A stretch of DNA of 64,000 nt from Squalus acanthias (Eukaryota): the NCBI GenBank assembly GCA_030390025.1, contig CM059431.1, positions 128,652,001 through 128,716,000 on the forward strand. The letters are read 5' to 3'. The position numbers and the translations under genes are program-made. Within the stretch, counting starts at the first letter, position 1. The number at the start of each line of letters is the position of its first letter. This document shows positions 13,979 to 25,990 of this stretch, piece after piece. The notes under the pieces were generated by a model, which made no database searches, was not told the origin of the DNA, and worked only from the letters and a program-made list of their open reading frames with translations.

Positions 13979-15836
13979 ATGGAGACAAGGCAGAGGGTAG
14001 TGCCAAGATTTATCGATGCCTCCCTGGAAGTTCTGGTGCAGGCAGTAAGAGCACGCAGGGAGGTTCTCTTCCTTGGCAATCGACAAAAATGACCACCCAA
14101 AAACACAAAAAGGGTATGGCAGGAGATCGCAGAGGAGGTCAGTAGCAGGGATGTTGTGAGGAGGACATGGATCCAGTGCTGCAAGAGATTCAGTGATCTC
14201 ATGAGGTCAGGAAAGGTGAGTGCAATACCAAACTCACCTAAATCACCCCAACTCCATCACTCTGCCTTCCCAGGCCTACTCCTGCACATCATTCCTCACA
14301 CCAACCTACCTTGCAGGTTCACCCATCCCTCTTTGTCTATGTACCTACTCACATCCCCATCTGATTGACCACCACTGACACTCACCCTCATCCTAATGCA
14401 ATCATAGCAAGTAACACCACAGAAGGAAGCCATTTGGCAACGTCACACCACTCCAACATAGTCACCCTCTACAGATGTAGCCCATCCATTTCTTACACTC
14501 ATTCCATCACTCTCACTCAATGTTCTCTTCTTTCCATCCTTGCAGGAGAAGAGAGCCCAGAACAACAAGGAGAGGCAGAGAACCAGAGGTGGCTCTCCAA
14601 TCTTTAGTTATTTGACTCCAGCGGAGGAGGAGGCCCTAGAGATCTCTGGAGTTACAGACCTGCTGGCGGTGGGAGATGGAGAGAGGGGGACCTCCCAGCA
14701 ACCTGGTGACAGAATTAAATCTCATACAGCCACATGGCATACAACAGTCACTCATATGGTGACTGATGTCAGCATCCAGTGAAATGTCATCATGTGCACA
14801 ATGATAACGTTACCCATTCTTATTATAACACTTCTAATTCATCTCTTTACTCTCCCACAGGTACATCAAGTGACCTCCACCCCCCAACTGTCCAGCCAGA
14901 GGAGGAAGACGACTCCTCAGATGAAGCTCCATTCTCTAAGGGTGCACAGTCAGCAGACCCATGTGCAGCCAGCACCAGCACAGATACACGCACCTCGGTG
15001 GGTCCTGTGCAAGATAGAGTAGAGTTGTCACCTGGTGTCTCACACTTCATAAGTGAGCAAGAGCAGATGGTGTTGGCATGGACAGCAGTGGAGACTCCTC
15101 ACCGGAGGGCGCAAGACACTCCAAGCTCTGCTGAGCTGCATGCAGACGCTGAACCTCAGGGGCCATCGAGAAAGAGCGTGATCTTGGAGGGACAGCAACA
15201 ATTGCATGAGGTTCTGGCAGCTTTTGTAGCCGCGATGTGTGCAAATGTACAGAGAATGGAGGAGTCCATCTCCAACATGAGCACCACCATGTCGCAGATG
15301 ATGGTGACGATGTGCTGTTCCATGGAAAGGATGACCACCATGGAGCAGCAAATGCACCAGTCCAATGAGAACTTGCTTGCTGTGGACAACAGATGGCAGA
15401 CACTCATACACCTCATCTCAAGGAGGGATATAAATGTAGACTTGGGTCTTCATTGCCCCACTGATGTGCAGCAAGGTGTTCTCCAGCTCTGTGCTAGCAG
15501 GGGAAGTGTGGGTGGCCCATGAGAGGGATGATGTTGAGAAGGGACATGGAAGTGGGGGCTCTTCTCAAAGTGCACACACTTCTCCCCCATTGCCTCCCCC
15601 TCAGTCAGAGGCCCACATGCTTCCTCGGATCCCGATGGCTGAGTCTGCCCCTGCACAATTGCAGGAGGAGCCGTCTTTGGCGGGGCCCTCACAGGCTCCA
15701 AAACCCAGAGGACGTCCGCCAAAAGTGTCTAAGCAGTCGCTGCAGGGAAGGGAGCAGCCTTGCCTCTACCTCTGCTAAAGCCACAGGGGTTGCACCTCGT
15801 AGAAGCACTCGGAAAATAAAAAAGACACAATCGTAA
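13979..15836 (+). pseudogene. Harbinger Myb/SANT-like DNA-binding partner gene, 3 predicted exons (13979-14215, 14546-14705, 14861-~15836)
   Basis: Exon 1 PRFIDASLEVLV..WQEIAEEVSS..RRTWIQCCKRFSDL with in-frame TGA at 14090; donor AAG|GTGAGT; acceptors TTGCAG and CCACAG; phases 0 and 1 join in frame; frameshifts near the C-terminus. Confidence 0.8.
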
Positions 15837-16133
15837 TTACACAAGGGTATGCACATGGTTGTATGAAAAAATGTTAGTTGTAAGTTTCACTTCTATTTAA
15901 GACGCACATGAATTTATTTCTTTGCGCTACTTTCTGGTCTTGTCCATTTTTGCCTGCTACCTGGGAGGTGGCCTTGTCGCTTGGAGTGAATTGTGAGACA
16001 TTAGTTAACCTCGAGTTATGGGAGTTTGGGTGAGAGCAATGGCTTGGTCATTGTAGGGCTGCTTTGTGGTGTTTTGGGGGTATTGGGGAACTTAGTACAG
16101 CATGTGGCAGCCATATGGGTGCACTGGAGCAAG

Positions 16134-18803
16134 TTAAGTAAATCTGGCCATTATGAGGCCATCCTGGGCCTCCCGGGCAGCAATGGGTGCCTCTGCTGAT
16201 GCCGTCTCCACCTCAGGTTCCTCCTCCTCCTCCTGCTCAACTTCCACCTGTTCCTCCTCCTCTGAAGAAGAAGAAGCTGTGCACTCTGTGCCTTGCTCCT
16301 CCTGCAGCTCCAGTCTTCGCTGCTGTGCTATGTTGTGCAGCACGCAGCAAACGACGATGATTCTGGAGACACTGGCTGGTGCATACTGAAGGGATCCTCT
16401 GGATATGTCAAGGCATCTGAAGCTCATCTTCAGCATGCCTATTGCTTACTCTATGACACATCTAGTGGACATGTGGCTGTCATTATAATGCTCCTCGGTT
16501 TCAGTACTTGACCTCCTCAAGGGTGTCATAAGCCATGTCTTCAGTGGATAGCCCTTGACTCCAAGCAGCCAGCTGGTAAGTCTATTTGGAGGTGTGAAGA
16601 GCTAAGGGAGGGTGGACTGGCGCAGGACAAAAGAGTCATGACAGCTGCCAGGGAATCTGGCGCACACATGCACAATGATCCTTTTATGGTTGCAGATGAG
16701 CTGCACATTGAGGGAGTGAAGCCCTTGTGGTTCACAAACACTCCTGGGTGATGTGGGGGTGCCTTGATTGCCACATTTCTACAGTTGATGATGCCCTGCA
16801 CCTGTGGGAAGCCAGTCAGAGCCGCAAAGCCGAGCGCCCGCTCAGTAACACTGGCTTCATCAATGGCAAAGTTTACATAATTGGCTGACTTGTCAAACAT
16901 GACATAGAAACATAGAAAAATAGGAGCAGGAATGGCCATTCGGCCCTTCCAGCCTGCTCCACCATTCAGTATGATCATGGCTGATCCTCTATCTCAATAC
17001 CATATTCCCGCTCTCTCCCCATACCCATTGATTCCTTTTGTGTCCAGAAATCTATCTATCTCCTTCTTAAATATATTCAGTGACTTGGCCTCCACAGCCT
17101 TCTGTGGTAGAGAATTCCATAGGTTCACCACCCTCTGAGTGAAGAAATTTCTCCTCATCTCAGTCCTAAATGTCCTACCCTGTATCCTGAGACTGTGACC
17201 CCTCGTTCTAGACACCCCAGCCAGGGGAAACATCCTCCCTGCATCCAGTCTGTCTAGCCCTGTCAGAATTTTATACGTTTCAATGAGATCCCCTCTCATT
17301 CTTCTAAACTCGAGTGAATACAGGCCTAGTCGACCCAATCTCTCCTCATGCGACAGTCCTGCCATCCCAGGAATCACTCTGGTGAACCTTCGCTGCACTC
17401 CCTCTATGGCAAGTATATCCTTTCTTAGGTAAGGAGACCAAAACTGCACACAATTCTCCAGGTGTGATTTCACCAAGGCCCTGTACAACTAACTGTAGTA
17501 AGACATCCTTGCTCCTGTACTCAAATCCTCTTGCAATGAAAGCCAACATACCATTTGCCTTCCTAACTGCTTGCTGAGCCTGCATGTTTGCTTTCAGTGA
17601 CTGGTGTACAAGGACACCCAGGTCCCTTTGTACATCAGCATTTCCCAATCTATCACCATTTAAATAATACTCTACCTTTCTGTTTTTTCTACCAAAATGG
17701 ATAACTTCACATTTATCCACGTTATACTGCATCTGCCATGTATTTGCCCACTCACTCAACTTGTCTAAATCGCCTTGAAGCCTCTTTGCATCCTCCTCAC
17801 AACTCACAATCCCACCTAGTTTTGTGTCATCAGCAAACTTGAAAATATTACATTTGGTTCCCTCATCCAAATCATTGATATATATTGTGAATAGCTGGGG
17901 CCCAAGCACTGATCCCTGCGGTACCCCACTAGTCACTGCCTGCCACCCCGAAAAAGACTAATTTGTTCCTACTCTCTGTTTCCTGTCTGTTAACCAATTT
18001 TCAATCCATGCCAGTATATTACCCCCAATCCCATGTGCTTTAGTTTTGCTCTTATGTGGGATTTTATCAAAGGCCTTCTGAAAATCCAAATACACCACAT
18101 CCCCTGGTTCTCCCTTATCTATTCCACCAGTTACATCCTCAAAAAACTCCAGTAGGTTTGTCAAACATGATTTCCCTTTCATAAATCCATGTTGACTTTG
18201 TCTAATCCCGTTGATATTTTCTAAGTGACCTGTTATCACATCCTTTATAATAGACTCTAGCATTTTCCCTACTACTGATGTTAGGCTACGAGTTAGTCTG
18301 TAGTTCCCTGTTTTCCCTCTCCCTCCTTTTTTTTACGGTCACCTGGGTGAAGCATCTGTGGCGGCTGTCTGTGAGATCCTGCAAATGTCTGCTGCAGATC
18401 CCTGGAAGGAGCCTGAGGCGAAGACGTTGAATCTGGTGGTGACTTTGACAGCCACTGGTAAGGCATGTCCTCTGGGCAGTAGGTCTTGTTCCAGCAAGTT
18501 ACGAATGTCTGCGATGACCTGGCGTGATTGCCTGAGCCTCCTGAAACACTGCTGCTCAGTCATGTCCAGGAATCTCATCCTCTGCCTGTATACTCTATGT
18601 TGGGGGTATCGCGTCCAGCGCAGTGCACCCCTGTGCTGACCACCTCTCTCCTCTGGAGCATCAGGTCGTTGACGAGAAGGCTGATGGTGTGGTTGCTGCT
18701 GGTGTTGTGGCTGTTGCTGCTGGTGTGGCTGGTGTTGTTGGTGCTGGGGCTCATCTTGGTCCGACTCTGAGGTCCAAGGTGAAAGAGCATAAGCGGCACC
18801 CAT
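16134..18803 (-). pseudogene. HARBI1-like DDE transposase pseudogene split by a CR1 insertion
   Basis: N-part 18339-18803 ([28 protein letters not shown]); C-part 16134-16900 ([40 protein letters not shown], acidic tail). Confidence 0.9.
16903..18330 (-). mobile_element. CR1 LINE, 5'-truncated (RT ORF2 plus 3' UTR)
   Basis: SQHGFMKGKSCLTNLL, VYLDFQKAFD, GVPQGSVLGP, KFADDTK, RRMRGDLIETYKI; (CATAGAAA)n terminal repeat at ~16903; frameshifted. Confidence 0.95.
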
Positions 18804-19752
18804 GCTGATGTAATAGATGGCAGGTAAAGTGGAGATCAGAGGGTCAATCCCTCAGTGCTGTGATCGTGACTAGTAATGTGGTGATAGTGGCTTCCGAGGT
18901 TGCAGAAATGACCTGCAAACTGCTGACAGCTAAATCTCTGCACAAAATGGAGTCAGCAAGAGCCTTTCCATTAGGCAAGGAAGCAGGTGTAATGTGGGAG
19001 TATTTATGTGTTTTTCCCAGCTGTCAATTAATGAACTCGCACAATGGCCACTGAGCTTCTGCCTCTCCTTCACAGGTGAGGTTCCCAAGGAAGCGTGAAT
19101 CCCATCCTCAAGAAGTTAAAGCCAAAACCTGCTGTTAAAAAGCCTCTTAAGGGTCTCTCAACAAACATTTAAGTACTTCAATGAGGTCGCCCGCCTCTGC
19201 CGAGCAGGTCCATGACCCGCTGGGAAACGCGCCTGAGTTAAATGCAGAAGTCGGTGGGATGACGGCGGGTTGCCGACGCGCTGGCAATTTCCGCGAAGTT
19301 AACTGTTAATCCATCCCCAAACCCGCACGCTCGGCACCGGGAAAATTCCGGCTGATGTCACCAAGTAGCAGCATGTTGATGAGAACCAGGAGCGGCCAAG
19401 GATGGATTCCTTGAGGGATGCCAGTATGAAGACAAGAAGAGAAGCTATTGCAGGAGATGCTCTGGCTATAATCAGATTGATAAGAGTAGAACTAAGCAAG
19501 ACCAATCCCACTGTGTTGGACAATGGAGGAGAGGCATGTCGAGGATTGTATAGTCAACCATGTCAAAGGCTACAGAGAGATTAAAGAGGATGAGGAGGGA
19601 TACTGCACCACGGTTACAGAGTTGTGTCAGTTGTGACTTTGTTTAGGGCCGTTTTGGTGCTGTGACGAGGAGTAAAAATGATTGGATTGATACAAACATG
19701 GAGATTCAGGAATGATAGGCATGCATTTAGGACTCAACAACATGTTCAAGGA

Positions 19753-19982
19753 ATAAAAACAGAAAATGCTGAAAATACTCAGCAGGTCAGGCAGCATCTG
19801 TGGAGAGAGAAACAGAGTTAACGTTTCAGGTCGAAGACCCTTCGTCAGAACTGATGAAGGGTCATCGACCTGAAACGTTAACTCTGTTTCTCTCTCCACG
19901 GATGCTGCCTGACCTGCTGAGTATTTCCAGCATTTTCTGTTTTTATTTCTGATTTCCAGCATCTGCAGTATTTTGCTTTTGT
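19753..19982. mobile_element. Palindromic Penelope-like mini-element with 14-bp TSD
   Basis: Inverted arms 19752-19947 centred on 19849/19850, plus ~35-nt tail; AACATGTTCAAGGA repeated at 19739-19752 and 19983-19996; arms match the pLTR at 7817-7950. Confidence 0.9.
19815..19853 (-). ncRNA. Minimal type I hammerhead ribozyme motif (PLE-associated), predicted
   Basis: Minus strand CAGUU-CUGACGA-AG-GGUC UUC GACC-U-GAAA-C-GUU-AACUC has both core boxes, stem II GGUC/GACC, stem I AGUU/AACU and palindromic AACGUU. Activity untested. Confidence 0.65.
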
Positions 19983-20561
19983 AACATGTTCAAGGACTTT
20001 GAAGAAGAAACGGAGGTTGGGGATTGGGTGGGAGTTTGCAAGAACAGAGGAATTGAGGATTTTTTTTGAGGAGGGGATGATGTTGACAGTTTTGAAAGGA
20101 TTATTTTTATGAGGACATTTAAATCCAAATTTACAGCAAAAAAAATCCAAAGCCAGTTTCCCTTTCAGCCCTCTACTTCCCAAGGAGTTTCCCTTGCATG
20201 TCGGGCTCTTTAGGGAAAAATGCGATTTCAGGGAAAAAGTTGTAAAAGTGAATCAGGTATTCATTTAAATAGCTTTGCATGCATACTGATACCATAAGGA
20301 GGCTATGATATGAAATGTGTGAAGCCTAGTACAAAATTATGAGCAGAAGGAATTAAATGCATAACAGATCCAAAGACTACTTCTCTAAATTTTCCGAGCC
20401 CTTGTATCCATTCTGCACCTGCACAATCAGTACAGATGACCGAAGAATCCATCCTGTGGAGTCACAAGTGCTGAACAAAAGGGAAAAAAACAGAGAAGAA
20501 TTGCCAGAAGTAACTTAAAATATGATCTTCATGGAACAAAGTAAAAGAATCATTAATTAAA

Positions 20562-21100
20562 ATGGATAAATTACAATCTCCACTGATCCTTTAAGTAAAT
20601 GGAAATTTTGCAGAAAATTGGAAAAGAATTAAACAATGGTTTGAAGTGCTTCTAGCTGCTTTTGGAGACGATGAAAAAAAGCAAGTTGAAAGCATCCGTT
20701 TCCTTAAGTGTTGTTCAAGAATGAAGCACTGGATATTTATAATAATTACAAATCTGAGACAGAAGAGGATCTGACAGTGAATTTAATAATGACTAAGTTG
20801 GAAAGATACGTCAATTCTTAATAAAATGTGACATATGAAAGGTACAAATTTTTCATGTGCAGGAAAGGGAAAAAATTATAGATCAGCCTAATATCTTATA
20901 TTAAGATCTTACAGTAAGATCTGTGACCTTGGTGAACTGATTAAAGACAGAATAAATGGTGCACGAACAGATCATTTACAAATGATAAGCTGCTGCAGGA
21001 GCAAGACCTGATCGTCAACAGAGTCTTAAGATAAGTATGAAAACAGCAGTAATAAAAGAACAGGCCAAAGAATAATGCAGTAAAGAAAATTGAACAACTT
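20562..21100 (+). mobile_element. Heavily decayed Gypsy gag remnant
   Basis: MDKLQSP..GNFAENWKRIKQWFEV and NVTYERYKFF motifs with many stops; probable integrase remnants downstream at ~25130-25990. Confidence 0.6.
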
Positions 21101-21142
21101 AGGCGGCAGTTAATAAATTAAGAAACAATCAAATGAGAAATC

Positions 21143-21485
21143 CGAAATAAAAAGAGAAAATGCTGGAAATAGTCAGCAGGTCAGGCAGCATCATGGAGGG
21201 AGAAACAGAGTTAACGTTTCAGGTCGATGACGTTTCGTCAGAACTGGAAAAAGTTAGAGATGTAACAGATTTTAAGCAAGTGCAGGGGCAGGGAAAGGGG
21301 GGAGGGGAGGAAAGAGCAAAAGGGAAGGTCTGTGATAGGGTGGAAGGCAGGAGTGGTTAAATAACAAAAGGATGATGGTGCAAGACAAAAGAGGGTGGCA
21401 ATGGGACAAGAGGTGTAAATGGGAATGGCAGAATCATCAACAGCTGCCATCTGAAAAATAGGGGCAAAGGTTGTGGTCTGAAATT
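21143..21485 (-). mobile_element. Penelope-like 3' fragment (pLTR and 3' UTR)
   Basis: Close match to ~7845-8210; contains the hammerhead-like core on the minus strand. Confidence 0.85.
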
Positions 21486-21674
21486 GGATTACCCCGTAAT
21501 CTTCTATACTCAAGGAAATACAAGACTTCTGTATCTATGACATAATAACAAGGCAGACAAAGAACTTGCCTTGAAAGCAGAGGGCACTCAAAAGTGACGA
21601 AGGTGAGAAAGGTTATGACGATCACAAGAAAACAAATATTTCCAAATCAAGTGATGAGGCACTCAAGTGTGAAT

Positions 21675-23580
21675 GCTAACTGGCTGGCTACCAAAAAGAA
21701 AAAAGAGAGTAGGAGTTAAGAGTAGTTACTCAGACTGGCAAAAGGTGCAAAGTGATGTTCAACAAGGATCGGTGCTGGGACTACTGTTGTTCACCATTTA
21801 CATAAATGACTTGGACTTAGGAATCGGAAGTACAATTTCAAAATTTGTGGACGATGCCAAATTGGGGGGTGTAGTTAATAGAGAGGAGCACTGCGACAAA
21901 ATACAGGAAGACATTAATAAACTTGGAGAATGGGTGTGTAATTGGCAAATGAATTTCAATATAGAGAAGTGTGAGGTGGTACATTTTGGTAGGAAGTATA
22001 AGGAGCCACATACTGCTTGGAAAATAAGGGCTGGATTTTCTCAGCCCCGAGGAGGCAGGTATGGAGGTGTGACTGCCGGTAAAGTAGCAGAAAGCAGAAA
22101 GTGGGGGCGGATGGCAAGCCCGCCCCCATCCCGCCTCCGTGCTCTTGTGCTGCTTCGGGTCCCATCTCCTCGAGGCGGGAAAGGGATTAAATCCTTTTAA
22201 CTGCCTGTTAACAGATAGTTAACAGGCAGAAAAAAGGATTAGTGCCATTTTACCTTTTTAGGTGAAGGCTTCCCGACCTCGGAGAACCCCGCCGGGTTGG
22301 AGGAGTCGAGTAGGAGGTCTGCGGGGGTCAGAGGCACCTGAAAGTAAGATGTAGAGGTGAGTGATGGGTGCAAGTGTGGAGTGGTAAGTATGTAAGGTGA
22401 GTGTTAAGTTTAAAAAATGATCACTTACCTTGGTTTCTGCCCACAGCCTTCGGTCGCTCTGGATCGGGAGTCCCGACATCTTCCTTGTCGATTTCACAGA
22501 CTGGCTGTTGGATCCTCTGAACCAACAGTCATCTGAAATCTACAAAGTTGAAAGGTTTGATGAGTCCTGAACACAAGGGCTCATCAAACTACAGAGAATG
22601 TCAGTGTTTGGCAGCTTCACAGAGCTGTCAAACGCTGACATTTCTTCTTTCAAGAAGTTTTGACAGATAGCACATCAGACGTTAACGTGCTCTGTCAGTG
22701 ACATCCCCCTAATTGGCCTGCTGAGCCCGCAGGGCGGGCTTAACAAGGTCAATCAGGGGAAAATCCCGCTGGTTGGCCAGAAGATGATGGAGGTGGGACA
22801 TAGACCTGACAAGCAGCAGGCCCACCTCCAACTCGTCTCCATTGAGAAAATCCAGCCCATGGTGTCTAAATGAGGTAAAGGAGCAGAGGATCTGGGGGTA
22901 CAGATACACAAATCACTAAAAGTAGTGACACAGGTTAATAAGGCCATAAGAAAGCAAACAAAGCACTGGGGTTCATTCCTAGAGGGATAGAACTGAAAAG
23001 CAGTGAAGTTATGTTAAACTTGTATAGAACCATGGTTAGACCACACTTGGAGGACTGTGAACAGTTCTGGTCTCCATATTATAAAAAGGATATAGAGGCA
23101 CTGGAGTAGATGCAAAAAAAGATTTACTGGGATAATACCAGAACTGAGAGGTTATACCTATCAGGAAAGACTGAACAGGCTGGGGCTCTTTTCTCTAGAA
23201 AAGAGAAGACTGAGGGGTGACCTGATAGAGGTCTTTAAGATTCTGAAAGCGTTTGATAGAGTAGATGTAGATAAGATGTTTCCACTTGCGGGGGAGACCA
23301 GAACTAGGGGCCATAAATATAAAGATAGTCACTAACAAATCCAATATGGAATTCAGGAGAAACTTCTTTACCCAGAGAGTGGTTAGAATGTGGAACGCGC
23401 TATCACAAAGTAGTTGAGGCGACTAGCATAGATACATTTAAGAGGAAGCTAGATAAACACATGAGGTAGAAAAGAATAGGATATGTTGATAGGGTTAGAT
23501 GAAGAAGGGTAGGCGGAGGCTCATGTGGAGCATAAGCATGGACCTGTTGGGCCAAATGGTACTGAAAGTAACTATGTAAG
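21675..23580 (+). mobile_element. CR1 LINE RT fragment split by MITE 22028-22858
   Basis: VQQGSVLGLLLFTIYINDLD..SKFVDDAK..KCEVVHFG; resumes at 22859 through RRLRGDLIEVFKI and the 3' UTR. Confidence 0.9.
22028..22858. mobile_element. Harbinger-type MITE, family 2
   Basis: TIR GGGCTGGATTTTCTC...GAGAAAATCCAGCCC; inverted homologue at 41796-42651; TSD unclear. Confidence 0.85.
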
Positions 23581-23589
23581 TACTTGTTT

Positions 23590-24800
23590 AACAGATGGCT
23601 TCCCTGGTCTACCACTTCTACCGGGGCAATATGGGACAGCTGGAGTTCAGGCACCATGTTGGATATTGGTTGAGGGAGTGGAAATGGAGGAGACATGCTG
23701 ACTTCCTGAGAGAGGTCTGCATGTACAGCACCCATTCCGCCAACCTCCCTCGCTTGAGGCAGCGGTACATCAGTCCTGCTAGCCTGCGGGAGAGCAGACT
23801 GGAGGGGATGAGGAACACCTTGGAAGCCATGATCTACTCTATCCACCAGCTTTTCTAAGGCGGAATAGACATTGGAGCCCAAGTCTGTATTGCAGACTTT
23901 TGAGTCTCTTTCAAGGCCGCAAAGGCTGATAGCACTGACTGTGAGGGCCCGGCTGCTGTGTCCCTGGAGTTTACCACATGCTCTACATTAGATTACAGAG
24001 TTCAGAACCTGTGCAAAAGCACAGACGGTGGAAGTGGAGTCCTCCATCCTCCCTGCCATAGTGGATAGAGTGCCTGGCAGGACTGCCAGTGCCTCACACA
24101 TTTATTCTTGTGTGTCCAGTAATCTCCTTTTCATTGCTGGCCCTTGGAGTTGTACATCTCTGTCCTGCTGAGCAGAGCTTGGAGAGGACAACGGCCTCCG
24201 GTGAATATTCAAGTCGGCTGCACCTGCCACCACTATCTGCTCCTGCTCACTTGTGCTGTGAGACTCAGCTTGTGCCAGCCCATCTATCTGATTAACACGC
24301 CCACTCTATGTGCTAGTTTCTGCACTGGTGCCTGCAATGCATGTATCGTGTAACAATGTATCCTGAGGAGGGATAAGTTCCTCCAAGGAGTCTTCTTCCC
24401 CTGTGGGTGTAGGGGCTCATGCTCTTCGTGTGAGGTGCTTGGGAAAAGAAGAAATGGTGAAGATTTAGTAATGGTTGTTAGAAAATGAAAATGCACACAT
24501 GAAGCACTTGACCATATTGGTTGATGCGTTGAAGTAGGTTGAGGGTGCAGTTGGTTATTGGAGATGAGACGGTGTAAGCTGAAATCAATCACCCTGCTCT
24601 TTGGATCTGCCGACCTCGCCATCACCAATGCTGAGGGTGTCATTTGTCCCGCTTATTCCAAGGGCCTCCTCCTCTGCTGGGGTAATTTCCACTAAATTCG
24701 GGCGTCGTCCACCAATCCTGGACCTCTCCCTGGAATTCTGCGCTCTCTTCTCCAGAAAGGGGTGGAACAGCTTTATGAGTGGCTAGTGAGGATAAGTGTT
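23590..24800 (-). pseudogene. Degraded Harbinger Myb-partner gene (exon 2 and probably exon 3)
   Basis: From 24752 on the minus strand EKRAQNSRERSRIGGRRPNLVEITPAEEEALE matches exon 2 EKRAQNNKERQRTRGG..LTPAEEEALE of 14546-14705; the extent toward 23590 is tentative. Confidence 0.6.
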
Positions 24801-25829
24801 TCTTCTGCATGTAGTGCATAATGTGAAAGGCAGAATCAAGCACATGTCATAGGAGTGGACAAAGGTTACAAAAATGTACAAAGGAATTAACAATAATACA
24901 TTAAACAGTGTAAAAGTAAGAATGTAATGGCAAAATCTTACCTAAAATTATGCTTTAAAAGGTTCATGAGTGATGTGTGGGCATAGAGAAATGTTAAAAA
25001 CAGGCCCAGAATTAATCAGGATCTTGCTCAAGTGGTTACGAATTGTTGAAAATGTAAACCAATCCAACAAGCTTGAACCACTAAAATCACATCCACTTTT
25101 CCACATCAGCCATAGCAGAAAGACAGTCCCAATTCATTCATGCAGCAGGGGAAGAATTACTTCATAGTTACTGACTACCATGTAATTTACCCAGACATGT
25201 ACATAATACACAACACCACAAGCAGGGCTCCAGCAACTCCAGCAATCACAAACACAACAGGGTGCATGACTTAGACAGAATTACTCTGACATCAGAAAAT
25301 GTATTGAGGAATGAACTCCAGACTCATCTATTGAAGGTGTATCGACTAGAAAGCCTAATAATACTGCATCACTAATACCATCTGACAGATCAAAAACAAA
25401 TATAGAGGAGAATATAAGACCATGTTCATCACCAAAGCAATTTTGTTTTCATTGTAACACTCCCTTGTTGCTGCAAAGGAGGGCTAGAAAAATTATTTTT
25501 CAATTTATTTTACGTGGGTGCCTCTGTTCTTTCAATTTCACTACCCTGAATACCTCTATTCATCATTGGCCTCCAAAGACCAATTGTTGAATTAGGTTGT
25601 TATACCCCAAACAATTGGGGCTGAAAAGAAGTCAACATGCTCTAAGGACAGACAGTAGTCTTTCAAAGGCTGCTGGCGCCTAACATCCCACTTCCATAAC
25701 TTCGTGACTAGTGCACCAGGAGCAATATACTGCGAACAATATTTAAATATTATGCTAGGTCTGCTCATTTATATACTCCTGCACACAACATATAGGGAAT
25801 GGTGGTCCCAGCAGTTCTGTGCCAAGACC

Positions 25830-25990
25830 ACATTGTCAGCCCATAATATCCCTAATGAATTATTTAGTGACACTAGGGCACAGTTTGCAATTACTGACTT
25901 CAGGCAGTTTGCCAAAGAATGGGATTACATTCATATAACTTCAAGTCTGAAATAGTTATAGTCAAATGGACTTAAGCTGTGAAGAATCTG
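25830..25990 (+). mobile_element. Decayed LTR-retrotransposon integrase core fragment
   Basis: HNIPNELFSDTRAQFAITDFRQFAKEWDYIHITSS..SNG fits the rve pattern GxPxxxxSDNGxQF..F..F...W...HxTSSP..PQSNG. Confidence 0.7.

Larger units (their letters stand above)
13720..19352. mobile_element. Harbinger element B (Myb gene on +, transposase on -, convergent), CR1-interrupted, left end missing
   Basis: Colinear with 29071-34491; right end GAAAATTCCGGC at 19341-19352 matches the family TIR. Confidence 0.85.

Noticed and set aside
22555..22590. TGATGAG hairpin as a hammerhead
   Set aside because: No GAAA box after the stem; it is a simple inverted repeat.
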